A DNA stretch of 64,000 bases, taken from positions 4,862-68,861 of the forward strand of contig CAZVYJ010000009.1 in NCBI GenBank assembly GCA_964631565.1, written 5' to 3'. The notes under the pieces are model-generated. The model was not told the DNA's origin. It was given only the letters and a program-made list of their open reading frames with translations, and searched no databases. The position numbers and the translations under genes were made by a program. Shown in pieces: positions 27,694-38,329 of this stretch (position 1 is its first letter; every line of letters begins with the position of its first letter). The stretch comes from an uncultured Planctomycetaceae bacterium (lineage in GTDB: Bacteria > Planctomycetota > Phycisphaerae > SM23-33).

Positions 27694-29208
27694 TCAGCTT
27701 ATCCGCTCTCTGATGTACTGCAGAACCTTGTCAGCCGCGACGCGGTCCTGCTTGAGCGAGTCGCGATCGCGGATAGTCACGGTCTGGTCTTCGCCGGTCT
27801 GTCCGTCGACGGTCACGCAGAACGGCGTGCCGGCTTCGTCCTGGCGGCGGTAGCGTCGGCCGACCGCGCCCTTCTCGTCGTAGAAGCTGGCAAGCCCGGC
27901 TGACTGCATTTCCCGATGAATCTTCAAGGCGACTTCCGGCATGCCGTCTTTCTTGACCAGCGGGAAGACGGCGACTTTGGTCGGGGCCAGCCGCGGGTGA
28001 AATTTCATCACAGTCCGCGTCTGCATGACGCCGTTCTCGTCGGGCGCTTCGTCTTCACAGTAGGCCTCGCAGAGGAACGCCAGCGTCGCGCGGTCGACGC
28101 CGCCGGACGGCTCGATGACGTAAGGAATGAAACGCTCCTTCGTCTCGTCATCGAAATATGTCATGTCGCGGCCGGAAGCGTTCTGATGGCTCTTCAGGTC
28201 GAAGTCGGTCCGGTTCGCCACGCCTTCAAGCTCGCTTATGCCGAACGGGAACTGGTATTCGATATCCGCGCAGGCCCGGGCGTAGTGGGCTAGCTCGCTC
28301 TTTTCGTGATCGCGAAGCCGCAGCTTGCTGCTGGTCAGCCCGTGTTTTACATACCATTGATACCGCGCGTCGCGCCAGTACGTGTACCACTGGTCGGCCT
28401 CGTTGGGATGGCAGAAGAACTCGATTTCCATCTGCTCGAACTCGCGGCTGCGGAAGGTGTAATTCCGAGGGTTAATCTCGTTGCGGAACGACTTGCCTAT
28501 CTGGGCGATGCCGAATGGCATCTTCAGACGCGACGTGTCCAGCACGTTCTTGTAGTTGCAGAAAATGCCCTGCGCCGTTTCCGGGCGCAGGTAAGCGACG
28601 GCGGATGAATCTTCCATCGCGCCGACGAATGTTTTGAACATCATGTTGAACTTGCGGGCGTCGGTAAGCTCGCCGCCGCAAAGCGGGCATACGCCGTGCT
28701 GACCCTGCGGCAACTGGTCGCCGCGCGAGATTGTCCATTTCAGCGAGTCGGCCTTCTGTTCGAGCCTGCGGCGTGTCTTGCTGTTCGCCCTGGCGATGAC
28801 GGCTTCCCTGGCCTTTTCCGGGTCGTCCGCCTCGACGCCGGCCGACAGAAGCACGTTCTCGCCGTCGGCGGCGATGACATTGAACACCTTGTCCGCGCGG
28901 AAGCGGGCCTTGCAGCCCTTGCAGTCGACCAGCGGGTCGTTGAAGTTCACGACGTGCCCGGAGGCCTCCCAGACCTTCGGGTTCATGATAATCGTGCAGT
29001 CCAGGCCCACCATGTCGTCGCGGCGGCGGACGATATCCTCCCACCATGCGGTCTTGACGTTGCGCTTAAGCTCCACGCCCAGCGGGCCGTAGTCCCAGAA
29101 CCCGTTTATGCCGCCGTAAATCTCCGACGACTGAAAAATGAACCCGCGCCGCTTGCACAGCGCCACCAGCTTGTCCATGAGATCGTTGCTGTTCTCTGCC
29201 ATTGTCAC
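27694..29208 (-). CDS. glyQS: Glycine--tRNA ligase, dimeric class II type
   Basis: LVALCKRRGFIFQSSEIYGGINGFWDYGPLG is the signature N-terminus. Class II motifs are present. Confidence 0.9.
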   Translation of the reverse strand: MTMAENSNDLMDKLVALCKRRGFIFQSSEIYGGINGFWDYGPLGVELKRNVKTAWWEDIVRRRDDMVGLDCTIIMNPKVWEASGHVVNFNDPLVDCKGCKARFRADKVFNVIAADGENVLLSAGVEADDPEKAREAVIARANSKTRRRLEQKADSLKWTISRGDQLPQGQHGVCPLCGGELTDARKFNMMFKTFVGAMEDSSAVAYLRPETAQGIFCNYKNVLDTSRLKMPFGIAQIGKSFRNEINPRNYTFRSREFEQMEIEFFCHPNEADQWYTYWRDARYQWYVKHGLTSSKLRLRDHEKSELAHYARACADIEYQFPFGISELEGVANRTDFDLKSHQNASGRDMTYFDDETKERFIPYVIEPSGGVDRATLAFLCEAYCEDEAPDENGVMQTRTVMKFHPRLAPTKVAVFPLVKKDGMPEVALKIHREMQSAGLASFYDEKGAVGRRYRRQDEAGTPFCVTVDGQTGEDQTVTIRDRDSLKQDRVAADKVLQYIRERIS

Positions 29209-29362
29209 TTCCTGTAAAATTTTCCGGTTTTCCGCGAGCGGGCAACAAGAGGTACCATGATAGGCACCCGGTGTCCGTCAGACAAGGGGCCTACTCACTC
29301 TTAAGTGAGTATGCCCAATTAAGTGTTCATATCGTCCGAACTGTCAGGTAAACTCCACCCTT

Positions 29363-30166
29363 ATGAGCACGATAGACATTCACACGCACGCTTTTCCGGA
29401 CAGGCTGGCGCCGCGGGCGATAGAATCGCTGCAGGACAAGGCGCCGTGGCAGGCCGTCGGCGACGGAACGCTAAGCGGGCTGCTGGACTCGATGGACGAC
29501 GCGGATATCGACATGTCCGTAATCTGCATGATAGCCACCAAACCCGACCAGGTCAGCGACATATTCCGCTGGTGCAAAAAGGTGCGGTCGGAGCGCATCG
29601 AGCCGTTTCCGTCGGTGCATCCGGCCGTCAAGAAACCGGGCAAGTGGGTGGAGAAAATCGCCAAGGCCGGCTTCGTCGGCATAAAACTGCACCCGATGTA
29701 CCAGGACTTCCTCGCCGACGATCCGAAAATGGATGAAATATACGCAGCCGCGTCGGACAACAACCTGACGGTGACGCTGCACTGCGGACGTGACATCGCT
29801 TTCGGCGATGACGACGACCGGGCCAGTCCCGCACGCGTCGCCGAGGTCGCCGGTCGGTTCTCGCATCTCAAACTGCTCTGCACGCACCTGGGGGGCTGGA
29901 ACTCGTGGGACGACGTGGAAAAATACCTGCTCGGGAGCAGCGTCTGCCTGGAAACGTCGTTCGCGATACAGTTCCTCGGTAACGAACGTGCAGCCGGGAT
30001 TATCCGTCGCCACGGCGCCGAAAAGGTGCTGTTCGGCACGGACTGGCCGTGGCAGAATCAGCGTGACGAGATCGAACGCATCAACGCCCTGCCGCTGACG
30101 AACCAGCAGAAGCGGGACATCCTCCTGAAAAACGCCGCATCGCTGCTTGGACTTTACGAACGGTAA
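29363..30166 (+). CDS. Amidohydrolase-2 family metal-dependent hydrolase
   Basis: IDIHTHAFP and related motifs fit a TIM-barrel hydrolase of the ACMSD/LigI type. Confidence 0.65.
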   Translation: MSTIDIHTHAFPDRLAPRAIESLQDKAPWQAVGDGTLSGLLDSMDDADIDMSVICMIATKPDQVSDIFRWCKKVRSERIEPFPSVHPAVKKPGKWVEKIAKAGFVGIKLHPMYQDFLADDPKMDEIYAAASDNNLTVTLHCGRDIAFGDDDDRASPARVAEVAGRFSHLKLLCTHLGGWNSWDDVEKYLLGSSVCLETSFAIQFLGNERAAGIIRRHGAEKVLFGTDWPWQNQRDEIERINALPLTNQQKRDILLKNAASLLGLYER

Positions 30167-30217
30167 GGGCGGCTAAAATTCGACGCCGGTTTCAATTTCG
30201 TCCGCATGGATAATCCG

Positions 30218-30733
30218 CTACTGGCCGCCGCTTTTTATCCAGTAAAGGTTCAAAAGCAACGGCGCCGAACCTCCCTCCTCGACAACCGAAACGCCGGCCC
30301 GCATTTTTCGTGTCGAGCCGGTGTCGTCGACAACCATGCGGGTGATTTTTATCCGTGTTATCCGGTTGCGATTTATCTCCAGTTTCAGCCGGTTGAGTGC
30401 GGACTCCTTGTCGGTTATATATCCGCCGCCCGTAAACTCGTCATCGACGTACTTCTCGAACGCCGCGGTGCCGCCGTTTTCCACGTCGCTGACTATTTCG
30501 CGGAAGTTGGCGATTATCTGCTCGCGATCGGTGACGACTGCGCGTTCTATCGCGAAAACCACGCCGGCGAGCAGAATCGGCGCCGCAAGCAGCATCGCAA
30601 TCCGTCGCGAACGGCGTTCATACCAGATGCCAGCCAGGGCCAGTTCCGCGACCGCCATGGCGACGTAGAGATATGCAGGGTCTTCGAACAAAACTCTCTT
30701 CAGCTCGTTCATGGGCGATATTTTAACTGTCAA
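30218..30733 (-). CDS. Hypothetical membrane-anchored protein
   Basis: Two N-terminal transmembrane helices, then a soluble domain. No recognisable motif. Confidence 0.4.
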   Translation of the reverse strand: MTVKISPMNELKRVLFEDPAYLYVAMAVAELALAGIWYERRSRRIAMLLAAPILLAGVVFAIERAVVTDREQIIANFREIVSDVENGGTAAFEKYVDDEFTGGGYITDKESALNRLKLEINRNRITRIKITRMVVDDTGSTRKMRAGVSVVEEGGSAPLLLNLYWIKSGGQ

Positions 30734-30786
30734 AGTCCTGCTTTCTAAAGTTTTATGCCCGAAACTGGCGATAATTCTTTCGGAAG

Positions 30787-31041
30787 ATGATCATGACACC
30801 CGCTAAACCCGCAGATGCCGAACTGATGCGTATTTCCGCAGCGGCAAAAGCCGCTGGGGTAAGCACTCAGACAATCGAGTATTACATAATGCTGGGGCTG
30901 GTTTCGCCGCTGCGCCGCGGAGGAAAAAAGGGGCGTTTTTTCGACAAAAAGCTCGTCAAGCGAATTCGTCTCATTCGCCAGCTCAATGAATCCGGCTATA
31001 CGCTTCGCGCTATCCGCGAAACCTACATGCACAGACGATAG
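30787..31041 (+). CDS. MerR-family helix-turn-helix transcriptional regulator (short, DNA-binding domain only)
   Basis: ISAAAKAAGVSTQTIEYYIMLGLVSP...GYTLRAIRE is a MerR-type HTH. Confidence 0.65.
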   Translation: MIMTPAKPADAELMRISAAAKAAGVSTQTIEYYIMLGLVSPLRRGGKKGRFFDKKLVKRIRLIRQLNESGYTLRAIRETYMHRR

Positions 31042-31272
31042 CCGGCGGTTGAAAACTCCAAAATCCCAAAACACAAATTCCAAACAAATTCCAACGTTCA
31101 AGCTCCAAACCTTTGCAACCCATGCGTCACGGAAAACATTCGAGTTTGTTTTTTGTGATTTGGATTTTTATGGCGAGTCTGAGGCGCCGGCCTTGTGACG
31201 GATGCATTTGTCATATACAGCAGGTCGGCACTGCTTCCATCACGGGCCGCCTTAGCGTAGAATAGCTTCGCC

Positions 31273-32940
31273 ATGGCAAAAAAGTTCGTCAAAATCTCTC
31301 TGGCTACCAAGTTCCGCCTGCTGCTAGGAACCGCCCTGCTGGTGGTCATAGCCGCCGCGCTCGTCGTGCCGTGGTATTTCGTGGAGTTGCTGGCCGAGCA
31401 GAGCCTGCAGCGAAGCGCCGACGAACTCACAAGGCTGCGGCTGAACGAATGGGTGGACAGGCATCCCGGAAACAAACAGGACGCGAAAGATAAAAGCGAA
31501 ATCGCCGCATATTACAGCCGCGGCGCGTCAGCCTCCGACGAGGACGCACAGAACCGCGACCGCGAAGGGCCCGCCGTTATCACGCTCACCAGCGACAACG
31601 AGCCCGACCGTCCGCTGGACGCCTCCGGACGAAACGCGCAGAAGGCGTTCCTGAAAAATCCTGACCAGAAGCTCGCCGTGATACGCGGCGAAACCGAACG
31701 CGGGCGAACCGTCTATTACTGCTACAGGGCCATGAGAATGGACCCGACATGCATGGCCGCCAGCTGCCACGGGCCGGGCGCGTCGCTGGAAAACCAGCGA
31801 CAATCGGGCCAGCTTGTCGGAATGATAAAAGTCACCATGCCGCCCAACGCGGGCGGCAGTTCGATCGTATGGTGGGCGAGGCTGGCGTTCCTCATAGGCG
31901 GCGGACTTGCGGCGCTGCTTGCGACGATATTCCTTGCCGTCATCACACAGCGGCTGATACTCCGCCCGGTGCGCAAGCTGAGGCAGATGTCGGAAAAAGT
32001 CGCCGAAGGCGACCTGACCGTCCGCAGCGACCTGCACACTCGCGACGAGCTGCAGCTTCTCGGCGAACGTTTCAACGAAATGCTCGAGGCCATCAGCGAC
32101 CAGCACAACAAGCTGCGTTCCGCCAACCGCGCCGCTGATCTTAAGCTGAACGAGCTGGCCGAGGCAAACGTCACGCTGTTCCAGGCCAACAAGGTCAAGA
32201 CGGAGTTCCTTACGAACGTCTCGCACGAACTGCGAACGCCGCTGAACAGCATTATCGGTTTCGCGGAACTGCTTAGCGAAAACGCCGACGAACGCGTCAG
32301 CCGGTACAGCCAGAATATAGCGACGGCCTCACGAAACCTGCTCAACATGATAAACGACCTGCTGGACCTCGCGAAGATCGAGGCCGGCCGGGCACAAGTC
32401 CGCATAGACAAGGTCTCGCTGACCGGCACCTGTCAGACGATGATTTCGCTCATGCAGCCTCAGGCCGACAAAAAACAGATCGCCCTGAACATGGAACTCG
32501 ACGAAGACCTGCCGCTGATAACGACCGACGGCGGTAAGCTTCAGCAGATTCTCTACAACCTGCTCGCCAACGCCATCAAGTTCACTCCGGTCGCCGGCCA
32601 GGTAACGCTGTCGGCCAAATGCAACGGCAGGCAGGCCGGGCAGGAAGGCCAGCCGCCGCGCGAAGTGTCCATTTCGGTCGCCGACACAGGCCCGGGCATA
32701 AGCGAAGCCGACCAGAAGCACGTGTTCGAGAAGTTCTACCAGGCCGACGCCACGCTGACGAAAAAGACAACCGGCACGGGACTGGGACTTGCGATATCGA
32801 AGGAACTCTCCAACCTGCTCGGCGGCAGGCTGACATTCCGAAGCTCCCCCGGCAACGGAACGGTATTCACGCTGACTCTTCCAGTCAATGGCGCAGACGA
32901 CAATCCCACCGGCCGGGGCGCGGCAGGCAGTCAGGTCTGA
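31273..32940 (+). CDS. Membrane sensor histidine kinase (HAMP, HisKA, HATPase_c)
   Basis: H-box SHELRTPLNSIIGFAELL. N and G boxes LLANAIKFTP, DTGPGI and GTGLGLAI. HAMP region LRPVRKLRQMSEKVAEGDLTVR. Confidence 0.9.
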   Translation: MAKKFVKISLATKFRLLLGTALLVVIAAALVVPWYFVELLAEQSLQRSADELTRLRLNEWVDRHPGNKQDAKDKSEIAAYYSRGASASDEDAQNRDREGPAVITLTSDNEPDRPLDASGRNAQKAFLKNPDQKLAVIRGETERGRTVYYCYRAMRMDPTCMAASCHGPGASLENQRQSGQLVGMIKVTMPPNAGGSSIVWWARLAFLIGGGLAALLATIFLAVITQRLILRPVRKLRQMSEKVAEGDLTVRSDLHTRDELQLLGERFNEMLEAISDQHNKLRSANRAADLKLNELAEANVTLFQANKVKTEFLTNVSHELRTPLNSIIGFAELLSENADERVSRYSQNIATASRNLLNMINDLLDLAKIEAGRAQVRIDKVSLTGTCQTMISLMQPQADKKQIALNMELDEDLPLITTDGGKLQQILYNLLANAIKFTPVAGQVTLSAKCNGRQAGQEGQPPREVSISVADTGPGISEADQKHVFEKFYQADATLTKKTTGTGLGLAISKELSNLLGGRLTFRSSPGNGTVFTLTLPVNGADDNPTGRGAAGSQV

Positions 32941-32948
32941 AAACCGCT

Positions 32949-33341
32949 TTAGTACCACACGCTCAGAATGATGTTAGGCTCAGGCGTCTTGCCAGACATC
33001 GTCCCGATGACGGTTGATGCGTGCTTGACCTCGACTTCTTCCGAGTCAAGCCACTCGTTGACCATGTGCTCCATGTGCTCCAGCGACGCAACCGCTATCT
33101 TCGAGTGGAACATCTTGAAGCGGGTGGCCCCCGTCCTGTTCACGTTGAGCGGCCTTTTGAACTCCGACTTCGCTTCGGTCCTGATGGCCGTCGCGCCGAA
33201 CGCCCTGACCTCGCCCTGAACCGCGCCGTCTTCAACCAGGCTGATAGGCTCGGCAGCAGGCGGAATCGCAACGGCGTCGTCCCCGCCCTCCACCGAAATG
33301 GGCTTTTCGTCCGGGTCCGGCAAATCCAATGCTTCAGGCAT
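32949..33341 (-). CDS. Hypothetical protein
   Basis: Non-repetitive ORF of normal composition. No motif recognised. Confidence 0.35.
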   Translation of the reverse strand: MPEALDLPDPDEKPISVEGGDDAVAIPPAAEPISLVEDGAVQGEVRAFGATAIRTEAKSEFKRPLNVNRTGATRFKMFHSKIAVASLEHMEHMVNEWLDSEEVEVKHASTVIGTMSGKTPEPNIILSVWY

Positions 33342-33479
33342 AATAAAACTCCTGCAAACGAACTGACAATTTCGATGCGGAAAGAAGTGCTTACGTTGGT
33401 TATTATATGGCCACAGTGATGTCGGTCAAGTAAACCCGGCAGCCAAAGGCAGCCACCTGCCAAGGAATCGCAGGCATCG

Positions 33480-34565
33480 ATGCGTAAAGAGAAGCTGATA
33501 ATTTTCGGTCTGTTCGCAGTAATAATTCTGGGGGCGGTCATTCTGCAGGTGAGTGACAGCGGCGGTTCCATCGCCGAAAAAAAGGCCCCGCCCCCGCTCA
33601 AACCGTCGACGGCGGGCGAGTTCCGCGGCATATGCCTGCAGATTCACGGCAACAGCTCGCCGTACGAAAAATATATCGACGAGATATCCCGGACCGGCGC
33701 AAATACGGTATCCATCGTAATTCACGCCTACCAGGAAAACGGCGCCTCGACCAGCATATTCATCGAGGCCAGAAAAAACCTTCCGGACGAAAAACTCGTC
33801 GAACTTATAGCCCACGCGAAAAGCAGAGGCCTGCGCGTGGTCCTGATGCCCGTCGTGCTGCTGGAAAACCCGATTGGCGACGAGTGGCGGGGAAAAATAA
33901 ACCCGACCAACTGGAACGACTGGTGGTCGGACTACAACGATTTAATCATGCACTATGCCAGGCTTTCACAGCAGGCCGGCGTCGACGTGTTCCTGGTAGG
34001 CTCGGAACTGAACAGCACGCAGAAGAACGAGCTGCAGTGGCGGGCACTGATCAAGAAAGTCCGGGAAAATTTCCACGGCAAACTCTGCTACTCCGCAAAC
34101 TGGGACTGCTACGACAAAATCCAATGGTGGGACGCGGTGGACATTGTCGGCATGACGGGCTACTACAATCTGACAAAAGGCGACGAACCCACGGTCGAAC
34201 GGCTTATCGAGGGGTGGTCGGGCTTTAAGGAGAAAATCCTCGCCTTCCAGAAGCAGGTGAACCGACCCATCATGTTCACCGAAGCGGGCTGGCCGAATAT
34301 GGCGAACTGCGGCGAAGAACCGTGGAACTACTGCCGCGAAAGCATAGCCGCCGACCCGCAGGCACAGGCGAACTGCTTCGAGGCGTTCTTCAGGACATGG
34401 TACGGCGAGCCGAGCGTGGCCGGCTACCTCGTTTGGGAATGGCGGAATTCAGAATCACAGACGATCGGCCCGGAGGATAAATCGTACAGGCCGTGCGGCA
34501 AGCCCGCCATGGATGTAATCCGCAAATACTTCCAGCTTCCCGAGCCGGCCGCCCGGAGCGAGTAA
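33480..34565 (+). CDS. Putative glycoside hydrolase (TIM-barrel; GH5/GH26/GH113-like) with a signal anchor
   Basis: N-terminal transmembrane/signal segment. FTEAGWPN is a candidate catalytic Glu motif. It contains aromatic-rich strand motifs. Confidence 0.5.
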   Translation: MRKEKLIIFGLFAVIILGAVILQVSDSGGSIAEKKAPPPLKPSTAGEFRGICLQIHGNSSPYEKYIDEISRTGANTVSIVIHAYQENGASTSIFIEARKNLPDEKLVELIAHAKSRGLRVVLMPVVLLENPIGDEWRGKINPTNWNDWWSDYNDLIMHYARLSQQAGVDVFLVGSELNSTQKNELQWRALIKKVRENFHGKLCYSANWDCYDKIQWWDAVDIVGMTGYYNLTKGDEPTVERLIEGWSGFKEKILAFQKQVNRPIMFTEAGWPNMANCGEEPWNYCRESIAADPQAQANCFEAFFRTWYGEPSVAGYLVWEWRNSESQTIGPEDKSYRPCGKPAMDVIRKYFQLPEPAARSE

Positions 34566-34569
34566 TTCC

Positions 34570-37515
34570 GTGCGAAACTTCGTGTTCATTCCGGCAGTGC
34601 TGCTTTTGTCAGCCGCCTATGCGCCCGCCCAGCAGGCCCCGATACGCTGCCTGTCATACGACGGCAAGACCATGCTGGCCGTCGGCGACCGCGGTACGAT
34701 ACTCGCCAGCGACGACATGGGTGCCTCGTGGAAGCCGCTGGAAAGCCCGGCCAAAGGAAACTTCCAGTCCGTCGCATACGAGGGGAAACATACCATCTAC
34801 GTTTTCGGCGGCGTCGCCCTGCCGGGACACAACGGCGGCGCGGGCGAGGCCGTAATGCTTAGAAGCGACGACGCTGGAAAAACTTTCAAAGCCGTCCCGT
34901 GCGGACGGGCGCAATGGCTTTACGGCGGCTGCTTCAAAGGCGAAACGGGCGTAATCTTCGGGCAGGCGTCGCCGGACTGCCCTTCCGGGCTGATGCGAAC
35001 CGTGACTGCCGGTGCGGACTGGCTGCCGATGGACACCGATTCGCGAGGTCCGATGTCGGCCGGCGCTTTCCAGACGACAAATCTGGGCCGCATCGTCGGG
35101 GCCAGGCACAGGATACTCTCGATCAAGGCTCTCAAGTCGGCCGACATTCAGCCGCCGCCCACAGAGTCCGAGCTTAACCTGTCAGCCGTCTGCATCGCCG
35201 ACGACAATCGCTACTGGGCCGTCGGCGAAAACGGCACCATTCTCCGCAGCCGCGCCGCCGACCAGACGTGGGAGCAGATTCCCGTCAGCCTGCCGATTGG
35301 TGCAAGACTGCTGGCCGACTACGAAGCAATCGCATTCGCGCCGCCTCGCTCAATATGGGTCGGCGGCGGACAGCTTGGCTGCATACTCCACACCACAGAC
35401 GGCGGCGTAAACTGGCGGAGGCTGGCCGCGCCAGGCCCCGGTGAAATACACGCCCTGCTCGCCATCGACGACAAAACCGTTCTCGCCGGCGGCGACGGCG
35501 GAAGGATATGGCGAAGCACAGACGCCGGCACGACGTGGAAGCTCGCTCACGGTTCGGAGAAAACCGATGTGCTGTTCATACTGGCCGCCGGCGACCTGAG
35601 CTGCTACCCGGCGATTGTCGCGCATGCTCAGGCCGGCCTGGACGTAGCCGTCCTGTTCGTCACTCGCCCCTGCTACAACAAATACATCCTGCCCGATCAG
35701 CCGCTGCGCGCCGCTGCGATTCAGGCCGGAGCTTCGTCGGTTGCGGTACTCAGCGACTTTCCGTCGCAGGTGCTGCCTGTCTGCGACGCGGACCTCAGCG
35801 AAGATAAAATCATAAAAACATGGTCGGACTCGCTCGACGCGCCGGCCGAGCCTGTGTTGCTGCGGCAGATTGCCGCCGTCATGCGCCAGTACCGCCCCGC
35901 AGTCGTGGCCACCGGCCCAAATGAATCCGGCCCCAGCGGTGCGGAGGCGGAAACCCGGCTCGTCGCCCGCCTGGCCTGCTGGGCAGTCCAGCTCGCCGGT
36001 GAAAAAGAGGCATTCCCGGAACTGGATTTAGTGAATCTTCCGCCGTGGTCGGTTCAGCGAGTCTTCACTGCACTGGAAAGCAATGCTCGCTGGGACTCGC
36101 CGTGGGAGAAGGCCGCCCGTCACGACAGAAACGACACGACGACGGTTATCGACACGGCCGGCTTCCCGAGGGACGGCGGCACGAACATCGAAATGCTCTG
36201 TCAGGCCGCGATATGGCGGCTGCCGTGGCTAACGGCCCTCGAAAACCGTCCGGGCAGGTTCAACTCGTACAAATGCAAAACGGCCGGGAAAAAACTGCTG
36301 CTGTTCACGACAGGCCTGGCTGACAAGCGGCTGAAATTCACAGTCGCAGACAAGGACCTGAACGATCTATCCATGGCCGCCACGATGAAGTTCACACTGG
36401 AAACCGGAAACGTCGCCACGCTTATCGGCAGGCTGGTCGAAATCTCGAAAAAATTCCCCGCCGACCCGCTCGGCCCGGACCGCCTGCTGCTGGTTCGCGA
36501 CAAGCTGCTGGCGGAAGGCAGGCTGCTGGAGGCCGACGAGGCTGCGATGAATTTCGTGTCGTTCGGTGTCAGGCATCCGCTCTGGAATCAGGTCTGCGCG
36601 CAGGTTCTCGCGTCGTACGTCTCCAGCGAATGGAAGGCGCAGAGGCTCCGCCAGGGTCTTTCGCGATGGAACCCCGCCGAAATCCTCGACGCGGCGGCCA
36701 AACGTTTCTCCGCCCAGCCGGCATGGAACGCCACGCCGCAAGGCCGCCTGCTGCTGGCGAGGACGATGGCGTCGCTAGACAAAAAGAAGAATGCCAACGA
36801 CATTCTCGTTTCACTGTCCGGCGACACCTATCCGGACGAATGGAAATCGCTGGCAGAGCGCGAACTGGCCGGAAACCCGGTGAACAAGAAGGATAAAACG
36901 CTCACTCGCATGGAGGCGTCCATAGAACTCGACGGCGGCAAAATCGACGGCCTGCTGGACGAGCCATTCTGGAAGACCGCGCCGACGGTCACGCTGAAGC
37001 AGAGCCTGGGCCACAATTTCGAGACGCCGCCGGCCGGAACGTTCCAGGCCATCCGCACGAAAACGCACATTGTCTTCGGCATCTCGCTGCCGTCGGAAAA
37101 CGCGTGGAACTGGAAGCTGCGAATCGCCGTCGACGCCGACCGCGACGCATGGACGCAGGTCGTGCTGACATGCGACACGTACGGCAGCCGCAGTCTGGAA
37201 CTGCTCACACGGGGCGGACCGGCGGCGACATTGGACAAGCGACTCATGCTGGCCGGCGGGCAGGACGACAAAAAGTCATACACAATCGAGCTAGCCCTGC
37301 CGCTTGCGAGCTTCGACACAAACACGACCGGCCCGGCGACGTGGCTGTTTCAGGTGACGGCTGAGGGCGACAACTTCGGCAAAAAGGCGACGCTGCATTA
37401 TCAGAAGCAACCGGACGCCAGACTGCTGCCCGAGCGTTACGGCCTGTTCGACCTGCCGGAATTCAAACCGGCTGATGAAAACAAGGAAGCCCCCGAAAAA
37501 TCCGAGACCGAGTGA
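34570..37515 (+). CDS. Secreted multidomain protein with N-terminal BNR/Ycf48-like propeller repeats and a C-terminal CBM9-like domain
   Basis: GTG start. Repeats GTILASDDMGASWKPL / LRSDDAGKTFKAV / GTILRSRAADQTWEQI / ILHTTDGGVNWRRL / RIWRSTDAGTTWKL. The C-terminal DGKIDGLLDEPFWKTAP resembles CBM9. Confidence 0.6.
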   Translation: MRNFVFIPAVLLLSAAYAPAQQAPIRCLSYDGKTMLAVGDRGTILASDDMGASWKPLESPAKGNFQSVAYEGKHTIYVFGGVALPGHNGGAGEAVMLRSDDAGKTFKAVPCGRAQWLYGGCFKGETGVIFGQASPDCPSGLMRTVTAGADWLPMDTDSRGPMSAGAFQTTNLGRIVGARHRILSIKALKSADIQPPPTESELNLSAVCIADDNRYWAVGENGTILRSRAADQTWEQIPVSLPIGARLLADYEAIAFAPPRSIWVGGGQLGCILHTTDGGVNWRRLAAPGPGEIHALLAIDDKTVLAGGDGGRIWRSTDAGTTWKLAHGSEKTDVLFILAAGDLSCYPAIVAHAQAGLDVAVLFVTRPCYNKYILPDQPLRAAAIQAGASSVAVLSDFPSQVLPVCDADLSEDKIIKTWSDSLDAPAEPVLLRQIAAVMRQYRPAVVATGPNESGPSGAEAETRLVARLACWAVQLAGEKEAFPELDLVNLPPWSVQRVFTALESNARWDSPWEKAARHDRNDTTTVIDTAGFPRDGGTNIEMLCQAAIWRLPWLTALENRPGRFNSYKCKTAGKKLLLFTTGLADKRLKFTVADKDLNDLSMAATMKFTLETGNVATLIGRLVEISKKFPADPLGPDRLLLVRDKLLAEGRLLEADEAAMNFVSFGVRHPLWNQVCAQVLASYVSSEWKAQRLRQGLSRWNPAEILDAAAKRFSAQPAWNATPQGRLLLARTMASLDKKKNANDILVSLSGDTYPDEWKSLAERELAGNPVNKKDKTLTRMEASIELDGGKIDGLLDEPFWKTAPTVTLKQSLGHNFETPPAGTFQAIRTKTHIVFGISLPSENAWNWKLRIAVDADRDAWTQVVLTCDTYGSRSLELLTRGGPAATLDKRLMLAGGQDDKKSYTIELALPLASFDTNTTGPATWLFQVTAEGDNFGKKATLHYQKQPDARLLPERYGLFDLPEFKPADENKEAPEKSETE

Positions 37516-37525
37516 GACACGCCTC

Positions 37526-38329
37526 TCAGTCCCTGCCGACTTTTATTATTCTTTCCCACGCGACCTGGTTAATCGCAAATGTCGTGTCCGGGCCGATGGC
37601 GGCTTTTTTCACCGAGTTCGCCTTCTCGTCGGGAACCAGCGCGAGCACCTTGACCTGTCCGCGGTCGGCAATCTGCTTCGGGTTGGTCATTACCGACGGG
37701 TCTTCGCCGGCTGAGCCGGGTTCGCAGCGGTTCATCACCACGCCGGCGACGGTAAGCCCGGCCGAACGTGCGGCGTGAAGCGTAAGCAGCGTGTGGTTTA
37801 TCGTGCCCAGGCCGCTGCGGGCGACTACCACGAGCGGCAGCTTCATCATGACGGCAAGATGGATTACCCAGAAGTCGTCGGTAATCGGGCAGAGCAGCCC
37901 GCCGACGCCCTCGACGATAACCGGCCCGCCGCTGGCGGCGATTCGCCTGTAGCCGTCGAAAATCGCGTCCAGGTCGACCGGCCGTCCCTCTCGCTCCGCC
38001 GCCACGTTGGGCGCAAGCGGCATTGTGTAGCGGACCGGGTTTATTTCGTCCAGCGTTCTGCGTGAGTCGGCGCACGCTGCGAGAAACTCGGCGTCCTCGC
38101 TGACGAGGTTTCCGGAAACCGTCCTGCACCCGCTCGCCACGGGCTTGAAAACATCCACAAGAACGCCCGACCGCCGCAGGTAGCGTGCAATCGCGCCTGC
38201 AACAAGCGTCTTGCCGACAGCAGTGTCGGTGCCGGTCACGAACAATCCTCTGGCTTCCGGCAGCGGCGGATACGCCGACACGTCGAAATCGAACGGATTT
38301 CTGTGTTTATTTTTGCCTGAAAAACTCAT
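37526..38329 (-). CDS. bioD: Dethiobiotin synthetase
   Basis: P-loop GTDTAVGKT and the downstream motifs. Confidence 0.85.
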   Translation of the reverse strand: MSFSGKNKHRNPFDFDVSAYPPLPEARGLFVTGTDTAVGKTLVAGAIARYLRRSGVLVDVFKPVASGCRTVSGNLVSEDAEFLAACADSRRTLDEINPVRYTMPLAPNVAAEREGRPVDLDAIFDGYRRIAASGGPVIVEGVGGLLCPITDDFWVIHLAVMMKLPLVVVARSGLGTINHTLLTLHAARSAGLTVAGVVMNRCEPGSAGEDPSVMTNPKQIADRGQVKVLALVPDEKANSVKKAAIGPDTTFAINQVAWERIIKVGRD

